From: an uncultured Gammaproteobacteria bacterium
GTDB lineage: Bacteria > Patescibacteriota > Microgenomatia > Levybacterales > UBA12049
Direction: 5' to 3'
Length of the DNA stretch: 59,529 nt
NCBI GenBank assembly: GCA_964391315.1
Contig: CAYMJR010000002.1
Coordinates: 14,730-74,258, forward strand
Shown here: piece by piece, positions 20,221 through 29,720 of the stretch
Layout of the letters: every line of letters starts with the position of its first letter
Position numbering within the stretch: the stretch's first letter is position 1
Made by a program: the position numbers and the translations under genes
The notes under the pieces: model-generated
What the model saw: only the letters and a program-made list of their open reading frames with translations
Database searches by the model: none
What the model was told of the DNA's origin: nothing

Positions 20221-22503
20221 TTATTTCTTCTTCAAAATCCACTTTTTGCTTATAAAAAGAATTGAAATCAAAACGGATAGAATGCTGATAAAGACAGTTA
20301 TTGGAAAATATGACTGTGGAGTAAAATAGAGGACTATTGATATATCAATACTTCCATCGTTATTTATAGAATAGAATTTTTTATTTACATTTTGCATTAT
20401 TTGTTTAGGATCAATCGTCCATCTGTTTGCATAATTGTAAATAGTATCATGGTTAATGAAAGGAATTCGAGTTTTTCCATCTTCTGTATATAATGTCCAA
20501 TCAGAATTGTAAGTATCCAAAAAAACTAGTTGGGATTTTTTCTTCAAATTTTTGATATGAATAATATATCTATAGCTAGAGTCTTTTGTAAATGAAACGT
20601 TTGTAGAAGAGAAGTTGCTATCAGCAGTTTTGTCAGCGAGAAATATTTTCTTGCTGTTATATGTCGGGTTTATCTTATATAATTGATATCTTCCGTTAAA
20701 ATCGGCAACTTTTTCTCCTAAGATAATTTTTTTAAATTCTTTTCCCCTTTGCTGATTATAGAGAGTATCATTTATATGTCTAGCAAAAAGAAAACTTTGC
20801 TGGAGATCTCCGGAAATATCTTCGTTCCAGACGATATAATTAATATTTAATTGTTGGAGAAGACGTCCAATTGCATCATAATCACGGTTATTTAAATAAT
20901 CATTGTATTGTTGTGAATAACTACTGGGTAGCCCTGAAAGTCCTGAAAGGTCTTGTCGGTGAGAGAGGAATAATACTGGAGATGGTCCAATATAATAATG
21001 ATTTGGCAATTTTGCATCTCTTATGAAGATATAAGAAACAGCGCTTATAGGAAGCCAAATTACTCTTGATGTATCGTTTTGTTCCTTTAGTGTCGATGTA
21101 AGTGAATAAAACTCAGGATTGAAGCCAGAAATTGTGCTATACGTATTTTTAGTTGTCCAAACAGTATTATTGAAGTATTCGTTGAAGATAAAGGGTTTGG
21201 TGTTTAAAATGACAGCACTTGTCAGAACGATAAGGAGAATAATTTTGGTTTTTTTATTTGTTAAGTTGTCAAAAAGTATCTTTAAACTTATCCCAAATAG
21301 CAAAGCATATATAAAGGGAAATGCCGGTGCAATTTTCCCATACGAATTTCTAAACATTGCAAATCCTGGAATGTGGCTATTCATCCAGAAGAAAATATTT
21401 TGACCTATACTGTCGCCTATTTTTACTGTATAAAAATAAAGAATAATAATCCAACCCAAAAACGCCGCTATATAAAGATGTCTTTGGATTATATTTGTCT
21501 TTTTAATTTTAAAGCTGACAAGGATAATGATTGCAGTAAAGATCATATTAATGAAGATAAATTTTTCATGCCAACTGGAAAAAATTTTATAGTTTTCCCA
21601 CTTATATGAAATTTGAATATCTTTGTGTACAAGATTTGCAAGAGGATAGATAAAATTGTTCTCTTTTGTTACTGATTTTATTGTGTTTTCTGCTGTTATT
21701 ATTGAAGAGGTTGAAGAAACATCACTTATTATATTTGTATTCGCATTTGGAGTATGAGGCAAAAGAGGATAGATAAAATAAGAAAGCCAATAAAAATTGT
21801 AGAGAATGATTAGCGATACAAAAGTAATTAAAAATAATATAAATCTTTTTTTATTTTGAAGAAAAATAATAAAACTAAGAGGTAATATGGCAAGGAGCCC
21901 TAAAGCAAACCAAGGAGTTGAGAGTATTAGAATGCTAAACACAGATAAAAAAATAGCATCCAAAATAATATAGATAATATTGTTAGAGAGCAGTCCTTTA
22001 AAAAATAAATATAATATTAATGGAAATCCGGTAACGAAATAGAGCACAAAAAGACTCGACCATAAGTCATAGTAAGAAAAGAGAGAAAATATATAGAGAA
22101 AGCTCGATAAAATTTTAATAAAAAAATTGTAGCTATTGGTATTTGCAATCCATAGGTCGAGAAAAAGATAGAAGAATAAAAATCCGAATGCAAGATTTGA
22201 ACCATATAAAATAGTCTGTGTATTAAGAAAAGGAAGAATTATTTTTGTAAGGTATATAAGAAAAAAGAAAGGTGCTTGATATGATTGCACAGCATACCCA
22301 CCTAAAATTGACAATCCATTGTCTGAGATAAGATTAAAGGCATAATTGTGTATCATTTCTTGAGGAAATAGATAGTAGAGCATGGTATCATCTCCACCAA
22401 CGTTATATAAATGATTAAACCAGAAGAAATTTGGTATAAGAAAGAGAGCTGTACAAATGAGAAAGAGTATTAATTTGGGATGTAATTTTTTAACCATGTA
22501 CAT
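20221..22503 (-). CDS. Large polytopic membrane protein, probable GT-C; paralog of 15717..17945
   Basis: GGDDTMLYYLFPQE, MFRNSYGK, SRVIWLP, DGSIDISIVLYF match the + strand paralog. Confidence 0.65.
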   Translation of the reverse strand: MYMVKKLHPKLILFLICTALFLIPNFFWFNHLYNVGGDDTMLYYLFPQEMIHNYAFNLISDNGLSILGGYAVQSYQAPFFFLIYLTKIILPFLNTQTILYGSNLAFGFLFFYLFLDLWIANTNSYNFFIKILSSFLYIFSLFSYYDLWSSLFVLYFVTGFPLILYLFFKGLLSNNIIYIILDAIFLSVFSILILSTPWFALGLLAILPLSFIIFLQNKKRFILFLITFVSLIILYNFYWLSYFIYPLLPHTPNANTNIISDVSSTSSIITAENTIKSVTKENNFIYPLANLVHKDIQISYKWENYKIFSSWHEKFIFINMIFTAIIILVSFKIKKTNIIQRHLYIAAFLGWIIILYFYTVKIGDSIGQNIFFWMNSHIPGFAMFRNSYGKIAPAFPFIYALLFGISLKILFDNLTNKKTKIILLIVLTSAVILNTKPFIFNEYFNNTVWTTKNTYSTISGFNPEFYSLTSTLKEQNDTSRVIWLPISAVSYIFIRDAKLPNHYYIGPSPVLFLSHRQDLSGLSGLPSSYSQQYNDYLNNRDYDAIGRLLQQLNINYIVWNEDISGDLQQSFLFARHINDTLYNQQRGKEFKKIILGEKVADFNGRYQLYKINPTYNSKKIFLADKTADSNFSSTNVSFTKDSSYRYIIHIKNLKKKSQLVFLDTYNSDWTLYTEDGKTRIPFINHDTIYNYANRWTIDPKQIMQNVNKKFYSINNDGSIDISIVLYFTPQSYFPITVFISILSVLISILFISKKWILKKK

Positions 22504-22584
22504 TCTCCCATTGCAGAATTATAATATATCTGCAGTATTTTGAGTAATTTTGCGCTATATCTGCTAATTATACAATAATTTCCT

Positions 22585-23562
22585 GTGTTTATGCATACCA
22601 AAAGTTTTAAACATTTATTCATTCTTTTTTTTCTTTTTTGTTTTTGGATTGTATCATCGGCGCTAACTTATTTAGAGACATCTAACGGTCATACTGCATT
22701 AACATATAATCACTATAATGAAATATCTATATCTCCAGTTACTAAAAAAATGTTCGCAGGTGAGAAAATTAAAGGAGAATTTACTGCAACTGAGAATTAT
22801 CTCGGAACAATAGTTCTACCTGTACAGGCGAATGATCCAAACGAAAATACATATACAGCTAGCATTATTTTTCGAATAAAAGAGAAAGGGGCGCAATCTT
22901 GGTATCATGTAAACAATTATAGTAAACCTCCTTTTGTCGGAGATAAATATTTTCCCTTCGGTTTTCCTGTTATTAATGATTCAAAAAATAAAACATATGA
23001 TTTCGAAATAGAGTTAGTGAGGAAAACGTTTAAAGGATATTTAAACATAAAAAATATTCAGCCAAAACTAATCAGTAAATATAATTTCCCCAAACATGCA
23101 ATTTTTGCAAATGGTAAAACATTTATTGAGTATTGTTTGAAAAATATACAGTATTCAACTAACGACCCTCGAATGATGTTTGAATTAGTACTATATTCGT
23201 TTATATATGCTATTCCCCTAATACTCTATGTCATAGCAACAACCTTCACGGGATTTAGAGCTATTTTTACTGTCTTATTCTTAGGAATTAACATTGAAAT
23301 TTTCTTATTACGTGCTCCTCATGATTTTGTCTATTTAGTTTTGTTGTTGTCATGGATTACCGTTCTATTAGTTGGAAAAAAAGATTATCAAATAACTTTT
23401 ATCTTTGCTCTTATATTTTTGTTTTTGGGAGCAATTCTCCTGCCTTTTTATTACCAATTTGCTGCTAATGCAATGCAATGGGTATTTTTATTGTTAACCA
23501 TAGGAATACTCCATTTATTTTATATTTATTTTCAAGAGATGCTAAAAGCAAAGAGTAACTAA
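22585..23562 (+). CDS. Membrane protein with extracytoplasmic beta-rich domain
   Basis: N-terminal TM, about 165 aa soluble region, about 5 C-terminal TM. Start 22585 (GTG) or 22591. Confidence 0.7.
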   Translation: MFMHTKSFKHLFILFFLFCFWIVSSALTYLETSNGHTALTYNHYNEISISPVTKKMFAGEKIKGEFTATENYLGTIVLPVQANDPNENTYTASIIFRIKEKGAQSWYHVNNYSKPPFVGDKYFPFGFPVINDSKNKTYDFEIELVRKTFKGYLNIKNIQPKLISKYNFPKHAIFANGKTFIEYCLKNIQYSTNDPRMMFELVLYSFIYAIPLILYVIATTFTGFRAIFTVLFLGINIEIFLLRAPHDFVYLVLLLSWITVLLVGKKDYQITFIFALIFLFLGAILLPFYYQFAANAMQWVFLLLTIGILHLFYIYFQEMLKAKSN

Positions 23563-23572
23563 TAACATCACA

Positions 23573-25621
23573 ATGAGTAAAGTATCTAAGCTTGTTTTAT
23601 TTTTTTTCCTTCTTTTATTATTTCTGATTTTTAGAAATTGGTTTACGTATTCTTCATTATCAGCAGGAGATTGGGATTATCAATCAGTAGAAAAAATCAA
23701 AGAATTATCCCTAACTCCTTTTGTTTGGGATTATAACCTGCAGAATGGATTTGGAGGAAACAATGCGCATATTTTGGGATTAAGTTATTACTATGATATT
23801 TCTACTCTTTTCTTATCAAAATATCTTCACTTTCCATGGTTTTTAATTGAAAGGATTGCGTGGTTTTGGTTATTTCTTGGTCTTACTATTGCAGCATCTT
23901 CATATCTGTCGTGGCAACTTTTTAGACAATCGCGTTATATACTGATTTCTATTTTTATTTATCTTTGTAATACGTACATATTGCTTCTTGTCAGTGGAGG
24001 ACAGATGGGTGTTGTCTTAGCATATGCAATTGCACCTTTTGTTCTTGGGATATTTATGAAGACAGTTGATGAAATAAGTTTGTCAACAAAGATGTTGTCT
24101 TCACAGCTAAAATTTTCAATTGTTGCAGGACTGGCCCTAGCATTGCAGATTCTTTTTGATATACGGATTGTTTATCTAACTTTAATTGCAATTGGATTAT
24201 ATGTCGTTTTTAACATACGACACAAAAATATCCTAAATTATATACTGAGATTGCTTATTTTGGTTATTTTTATTCCATCGTTTATTGCATTATTCCTTCA
24301 TGCTTTTTGGTTGTTGCCCCTTATTTTTATTAGGGTTAATCCTCTTGATCAATTAGGTGCTGCTTACAATTCTTCTGAAGCGGTAAAGTTTTTTAGTTTT
24401 GCGACGTTTGAGAATTCATTGTCACTTCTTCATCCGAACTGGCCGGAAAATATATTTGGAAAAGTATCTTTCATGAGACCGGAGTTTTTATTACTTCCAA
24501 TAGTAGCGTTTAGTAGTTTATTGTTTGTTAGCAATAATAAATTACGCAGAAATATTTTATTTTTTGCATTTTTGGGTTTGGTAAGTTCTTTTTTTGCAAA
24601 AGGTGCGAATGATCCTTTTGGACAGATATATCTGTGGATGTTTAATCATGTACCTGGATTTATCATGTTTAGAGATCCAACAAAATGGTATCTTTTAACA
24701 GCATTATCATACAGCATTTTAATCCCTTTTAGTATCTTTTCTATTTATGACTTGCTTAAAACAAAACATATTTTTTCAACAAAAATTAAAATTTTCAGCG
24801 CACCAAAGATATTTATCTTTTTAACTTTTTGTTTATTACTGTTGCTAATAAAGCCTGTGTTAATTGGTCAAGTTGGAGGTACATTTAATCCAATAATTAT
24901 TCCTCAGGAATACATAAAACTTGAGAAGTTTTTGGCTGAAGATCAAAGCTATTCTCGAACATTATGGATTCCGGTACCGCAGCGGTTTGGTTACTATTCC
25001 AGTATTCATCCGAGGGTGTCTGCTCAAAATTTTTTCCAAGAACAAAAAATAGATACGCTGCTTAAAGATATTACAAACAAGAAAACGGAAATCAATCTTC
25101 GGGAAGCATCAATAAAATATATTCTTGTTCCCTACGATTCTCAAAAAGAGATATATATAGAGGATAGGAAATATAATGAGAAAAAACACAATAAAATTAT
25201 TAATACATTGGATAAAGTTATATGGCTTAAAAGAATTAACGGATTCGGAAAAATAGCTGTTTATGAAATAAAACAACCAGAAGATCATTTTTGGAGTTCA
25301 AATAGTTCAGCAAAGATTAGTTACCATATTATTAATCCTACTGAATATTTGGTTACTATTATCAATGCAAGAGAAGGAGATCGGTTAATTTTTACTGAGA
25401 GTTATGACAAACAATGGAAAGCAACAATAGTAGATGCTGATCATCATGAGTTACAAAACAATAAATATGGTAGATATAATAGTTTTATCATGCAGGGGAA
25501 TGGGACATATAGCGTAAAAGTTAGTTATTTACCACAACAATTGGTTTATAAAGGAATAGTTATTTCTTCTCTATCTTTGATTACAATTTTAATTGTACTT
25601 TTTATGTTCAAGTTATTATGA
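23573..25621 (+). CDS. Large polytopic membrane protein, probable GT-C glycosyltransferase
   Basis: SAGDW after TM1, HAFWLLP, NHVPGFIMFRDPTKW, SRTLWIP, FTESYDKQW (YfhO-like tail). Confidence 0.6.
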   Translation: MSKVSKLVLFFFLLLLFLIFRNWFTYSSLSAGDWDYQSVEKIKELSLTPFVWDYNLQNGFGGNNAHILGLSYYYDISTLFLSKYLHFPWFLIERIAWFWLFLGLTIAASSYLSWQLFRQSRYILISIFIYLCNTYILLLVSGGQMGVVLAYAIAPFVLGIFMKTVDEISLSTKMLSSQLKFSIVAGLALALQILFDIRIVYLTLIAIGLYVVFNIRHKNILNYILRLLILVIFIPSFIALFLHAFWLLPLIFIRVNPLDQLGAAYNSSEAVKFFSFATFENSLSLLHPNWPENIFGKVSFMRPEFLLLPIVAFSSLLFVSNNKLRRNILFFAFLGLVSSFFAKGANDPFGQIYLWMFNHVPGFIMFRDPTKWYLLTALSYSILIPFSIFSIYDLLKTKHIFSTKIKIFSAPKIFIFLTFCLLLLLIKPVLIGQVGGTFNPIIIPQEYIKLEKFLAEDQSYSRTLWIPVPQRFGYYSSIHPRVSAQNFFQEQKIDTLLKDITNKKTEINLREASIKYILVPYDSQKEIYIEDRKYNEKKHNKIINTLDKVIWLKRINGFGKIAVYEIKQPEDHFWSSNSSAKISYHIINPTEYLVTIINAREGDRLIFTESYDKQWKATIVDADHHELQNNKYGRYNSFIMQGNGTYSVKVSYLPQQLVYKGIVISSLSLITILIVLFMFKLL

Positions 25622-25845
25622 AACCTCAAGATATTATATTTATCATAATACTATTGATCCTCCTCTGGAGGAGAAATTCTCACTGGGTTGTTGTGGCAGG
25701 ATTAATTTGTTTGATAGTTTCAATCCCGCTTTTTTCCTTTTGGGTATTCTTCACTGCTGAAAGACTCGTTTGGTATGCGGCAGGTTTTTTCTTCCTTGCT
25801 ATTTGTTTATTGGTCTTTAAGAATCTCAATGATGATATACACTAA
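25618..25845 (+). CDS. Small membrane protein
   Basis: 75 aa, 3 TM, 4-bp overlap with the upstream gene, AERLVW motif. Confidence 0.7.
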   Translation: MKPQDIIFIIILLILLWRRNSHWVVVAGLICLIVSIPLFSFWVFFTAERLVWYAAGFFFLAICLLVFKNLNDDIH

Positions 25846-25851
25846 AAATAC

Positions 25852-28137
25852 ATGAGATTTCTTTCCATAATTTTTTCGTTGTTATTTTTTCTTCTTTTTT
25901 TAAGTTCTCCTGTTAATGCACAGGAAAAAGAGTCTCATCCCGTTATCACTATTATTAATCCTATCCGCGGAAATGAATTAGGACTGGAAAAAACAGATTT
26001 ACTCTCTAGTTTACAGGCGCAATGGAAAGTTACATCAGAAGCGGGCCTCTCTGCTACATGGCTTTGGCAATATTCTGCATTGGAGAACGAGCAACTTGTG
26101 GATTTTGCGAAGAAGGATATGAAAGGTCAGGAATTTGGTATTTTTCTTGAAATTGATAGAAATTTAGCTCAAAAATCGGGAGTCCAGTATAGAGGTCAGG
26201 GTCCGTGGTATTTTTCTGATGGGTTATTTCTTGTGTCATATGATATTGGTGAAAGAAGAAAACTAATTGACGGATTATTTTCTTCGTTTAAAAAGAAGTT
26301 TGGATATTATCCAAAAACAGTCGGAGCTTGGTGGATAGGCGCGGATTCCCTTACGTACATGCAACAAAAATATGGAATCGTTGCTGCGGTAAAGGCAACG
26401 GACCAAGCTGATATGGATGTATATTCGATTTTAGGAACACCGTGGAATATTCCTTATATTGCTTCTCAACAAAACGAGGGGATACCGGCGAGTAACGATA
26501 ATAGTTCACATGTTGTAATACTTCAGTGGGCACCACGAGATCCAATCGACGGATATAAGGATGCCAGGTATAGTATGCAGGATTTTACTCTTGTGGGCTA
26601 TGATTTTTCTTACGTTGATTATCTTTTCTCTCTTTTTTTGAATAAACCTCTGGATAATCTTGTAATTGGTTTAGAAAATGGCAGCAACTTAGCAGGTTAT
26701 GAGAAGGGATATAGTCAATATCTTCAGAAGGCAGCGACGCTTAAAAAGTCAGGTAAGATAGATATTCTTACAGCAAGCGATTATGCTGAAAGTTTTCTCG
26801 CTCAAAAATCAACATTCTCTGAGAATCACTATTTTTTAACAAAGGGCTTTAAATCTGATAATGAGTCATTTTGGTACAATTCAGAAAATTTCAGAGCTGC
26901 TATACATAAAGTCGGAAACACTATTTATCTTGTTGACCTCAGGGATTATTCCCAAAAAAATAAAGAAGACTTTTCTTTGTTACCCAATTCTCAGGGCTAT
27001 TTGAGGATTTCTACCCCTTCATATATTGATTCGATTCGCATGCCTGATGAGAAATTATTTATTGCTAGTAATGCCGGAAGATTGAATGTTAACAAACAGG
27101 GAGATACTGTTACACTTTTAAGCGGCACAAAAAAAATAGCCTCTTTTACTGATTTATCAGTAACACTATTTCTGGATAATAACACGAAACAGACATTCAC
27201 TTTTCACAAAAAACCACTCTTTATTAATGTATTTGCTATTTTATTGGGCATCTTTTTCCTCTATTTCATCTTTATATTTTTACAAACAAAAAATTTAAAA
27301 AGATCCATATTACAGTTGTATCTTCTCTTAATCCCATTATTTATTGCTTATTCATTTTTAAGTAGTGGAATAATGGAGAATATGCCTATACTATTTGATA
27401 GAAAACAGCTTTGGCTTCTTTCGGTTTTCCCAGCACTTTCATCGCTTTCACTCACATATACATTGCTTATCTATCAGACGTTGCCTTTGATAACGCTTCT
27501 TATCATTCATTATATATGTGTAATGAGGAGTACAGGGAAATGGCAGAGAGGATTGTTCTACGGTTTCTTTGTTGGATTACTTATGTTTTATATGCATGTT
27601 CCATATTTTCCTCTGAATAAATCTACCTATCTTGCGATTGCGTTAAGTTTCTTAGTCATAACTGTGTTATTTATTGTTGCTAGCATTCTTATATTTAAAC
27701 GATCGCGATCTAAGAAAGTATTGTTTTTATCTCTGATAAGTATTCCGATCGTTCTTGCAGTACTTACTTATACGGTTTATGTTTCCCGCAGTAGAATTAT
27801 TTTGACACCTTTTGAAGTGAATGCGTTACAGGTTATTAAAGAAAAAAAGAAGGATGTAATTTTCATTTCGCAAACAAATTACAATATTAAACCAATTTAT
27901 AAAGCAGTAAAACCTCTTTTGTATGAAGATTATCGATACGGTGCGCGACTGACGGGTACGAAATGGACAATAGTAGAGAAGACGGAGGGCGGCGTAGTGG
28001 ATTTATCTCGTTATGATGACAAATTTATTGTGCTTCCGCGATATTTGGGCGCTGATTTTTCAGAAAAGGAAATAGAAAAAAATAATATTAAAAAAATATT
28101 TGATAACGGACAGATAGCAATATTTATAAAGCAGTAG
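25852..28137 (+). CDS. Signal-peptide protein with a putative glycoside hydrolase/deacetylase barrel and multi-TM C-terminus
   Basis: Signal peptide ending VNA-Q; ATWLW, EFGIFLE, FKKKFGYYPKTVGAW; about 7 TM after residue ~455. Confidence 0.5.
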   Translation: MRFLSIIFSLLFFLLFLSSPVNAQEKESHPVITIINPIRGNELGLEKTDLLSSLQAQWKVTSEAGLSATWLWQYSALENEQLVDFAKKDMKGQEFGIFLEIDRNLAQKSGVQYRGQGPWYFSDGLFLVSYDIGERRKLIDGLFSSFKKKFGYYPKTVGAWWIGADSLTYMQQKYGIVAAVKATDQADMDVYSILGTPWNIPYIASQQNEGIPASNDNSSHVVILQWAPRDPIDGYKDARYSMQDFTLVGYDFSYVDYLFSLFLNKPLDNLVIGLENGSNLAGYEKGYSQYLQKAATLKKSGKIDILTASDYAESFLAQKSTFSENHYFLTKGFKSDNESFWYNSENFRAAIHKVGNTIYLVDLRDYSQKNKEDFSLLPNSQGYLRISTPSYIDSIRMPDEKLFIASNAGRLNVNKQGDTVTLLSGTKKIASFTDLSVTLFLDNNTKQTFTFHKKPLFINVFAILLGIFFLYFIFIFLQTKNLKRSILQLYLLLIPLFIAYSFLSSGIMENMPILFDRKQLWLLSVFPALSSLSLTYTLLIYQTLPLITLLIIHYICVMRSTGKWQRGLFYGFFVGLLMFYMHVPYFPLNKSTYLAIALSFLVITVLFIVASILIFKRSRSKKVLFLSLISIPIVLAVLTYTVYVSRSRIILTPFEVNALQVIKEKKKDVIFISQTNYNIKPIYKAVKPLLYEDYRYGARLTGTKWTIVEKTEGGVVDLSRYDDKFIVLPRYLGADFSEKEIEKNNIKKIFDNGQIAIFIKQ

Positions 28138-28162
28138 TTATGTTGGGTTGTATAAGTAAACG

Positions 28163-28171
28163 TGGTACAAT
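28163..28171 (+). promoter_or_regulatory. Extended -10 (TGgTACAAT), leaderless
   Basis: 6 nt before ATG 28178. Confidence 0.65.
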
Positions 28172-28177
28172 AGACTC

Positions 28178-29131
28178 ATGATCAGCTTTGTTATTCCTCT
28201 TTTTAATGAAGAGGAGAGCCTTGAAGCGTTTTATCAAGAGTTGTTGCCTGTTCTTCCCAGTCTTGATCCAAAATACGAAATTATTTTTGTAGATGACGGC
28301 TCCAAAGATAATTCACTTTCTATTTTGAAATCATTTGCAGACAAAGACAAACATGTCCGTATTTTTTCTTTCCGGCGAAATCTTGGTAAGGCAGAAGCAC
28401 TTACCTTTGGTTTTTCTAAAGCAGAAGGAGAGTATATTGTCACTTTGGATGCGGATCTCCAGGATCAACCAAGTGAGATTAAAAAATTGCTTGATAAAGC
28501 CAAAGAAGGTATTGATCTTGTCTCTGGATGGAGAAAAAACAGACAGGATACTAAAAACACTGTACTTTCATCAAAGATATTTAATTCATTTGTAGGGATA
28601 TTTTTGGGATTGAAATTACATGATTATAATTGTGGGTTGAAAGTCTACACAAGCGAAGCAGCAAAAAGTCTGTATCTTTATGGAGGCATGCATCGATTTA
28701 TTCCACTTCTTGTATATCAACAGGGATTTACTGTTACCGAAATGGCAGTCAAACATCAGGAACGGAAATTCGGTCAATCAAAATATGCGCAAGGAGCTTT
28801 AAAAATTTTACAGAATCTTCCTGATATATTTACTATGCTTTTTCTCGCAAAATTTGGCAAACGGCCCCTTCATTTTTTTGGTGTCGTCGGAGGAATTGTA
28901 TTTTTGATTGGTTTGATTATCTTTCTTTACTTATTTGGTCTTCGTTTGGAAGGTCAAGTCATTGGACGAAGACCTCTTTTCTTCACCAGTATTTTATTGA
29001 TCAGCAGCGGTTTGCAGGTTCTTTTTACCGGTTTTTTGGCAGATCTTATGATCAATATTGCTCATGCTCCTAAGCTTTTGGATGAGGGCAATCTTAATTT
29101 TCCTCTTAAATATTCCACAGATAAGGAATAG
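28178..29131 (+). CDS. GT2 undecaprenyl-phosphate glycosyltransferase (ArnC/GtrB-like)
   Basis: PLFNEE, VDDGSKD, RRNLGKAEAL, LDADLQD, HRFIP, two C-terminal TM. Confidence 0.9.
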   Translation: MISFVIPLFNEEESLEAFYQELLPVLPSLDPKYEIIFVDDGSKDNSLSILKSFADKDKHVRIFSFRRNLGKAEALTFGFSKAEGEYIVTLDADLQDQPSEIKKLLDKAKEGIDLVSGWRKNRQDTKNTVLSSKIFNSFVGIFLGLKLHDYNCGLKVYTSEAAKSLYLYGGMHRFIPLLVYQQGFTVTEMAVKHQERKFGQSKYAQGALKILQNLPDIFTMLFLAKFGKRPLHFFGVVGGIVFLIGLIIFLYLFGLRLEGQVIGRRPLFFTSILLISSGLQVLFTGFLADLMINIAHAPKLLDEGNLNFPLKYSTDKE

Positions 29132-29182
29132 CTCTCAATATCCTATCTTGTTTCCCGCAAGTGATATATAATTGAAGAGACT

Positions 29183-29716
29183 ATGAAGATTGGTATAGAT
29201 ATTTCTCAATTGGCTTACGCAAATACGGGAGTGGCGAATTATCTAGAAAACCTTTTGGATAGCTTATTAGATTTAGATAGTGAGAATGAGTATATCCTAT
29301 TTTTTTCATCTTTAAGACGAAGAATCAAGAATCACGAATTAAGAATCAAGGGACGAAAAAATGTTACGATTAAGGAATTTAAATTTCCGCCTACGATTTT
29401 AGATTTGCTTTGGAATAAAATGCATGTTATGCCAATTGAGAATTTTATTGGAGATGTTGATGTATTTATTTCTTCTGATTGGACAGAACCTCCGACGAAA
29501 AAAGCTAAAAAGGCGACCATTCTGTATGATTTGATCGTGTATAAATCACCTGAAGAAACAGCGGCCAAAATAATTGAGACGCAAAAACGTAAACTCTACT
29601 GGACAAAGAAGGAATGTGATGTTATTCTTTGCATTTCCGAGTCAACCAAACGGGACGCGGTTGAGATTTTAGGCATAGACGAAAAACGGTTGAAAGTAGC
29701 ATATCCAGGTTTGTAA
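29183..29716 (+). CDS. Stand-alone N-terminal domain of a GT4 glycosyltransferase
   Basis: MKIGID...TGVANY, TILYDL, CISESTKRD, ending VAYPGL-stop at the interdomain linker; no EX7E domain. Confidence 0.75.
   Translation: MKIGIDISQLAYANTGVANYLENLLDSLLDLDSENEYILFFSSLRRRIKNHELRIKGRKNVTIKEFKFPPTILDLLWNKMHVMPIENFIGDVDVFISSDWTEPPTKKAKKATILYDLIVYKSPEETAAKIIETQKRKLYWTKKECDVILCISESTKRDAVEILGIDEKRLKVAYPGL
29320..29350 (+). repeat. 7-bp tandem repeat in the GT4 half gene
   Basis: aagaatc aagaatc acgaatt aagaatc aag. Confidence 0.8.
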
Positions 29717-29720
29717 ATAT

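Noticed and set aside
29183-29716. Frameshifted GT4 pseudogene
   Set aside because: No C-terminal remnant follows the stop; the next full gene starts 4 nt later. Kept as a stand-alone domain.
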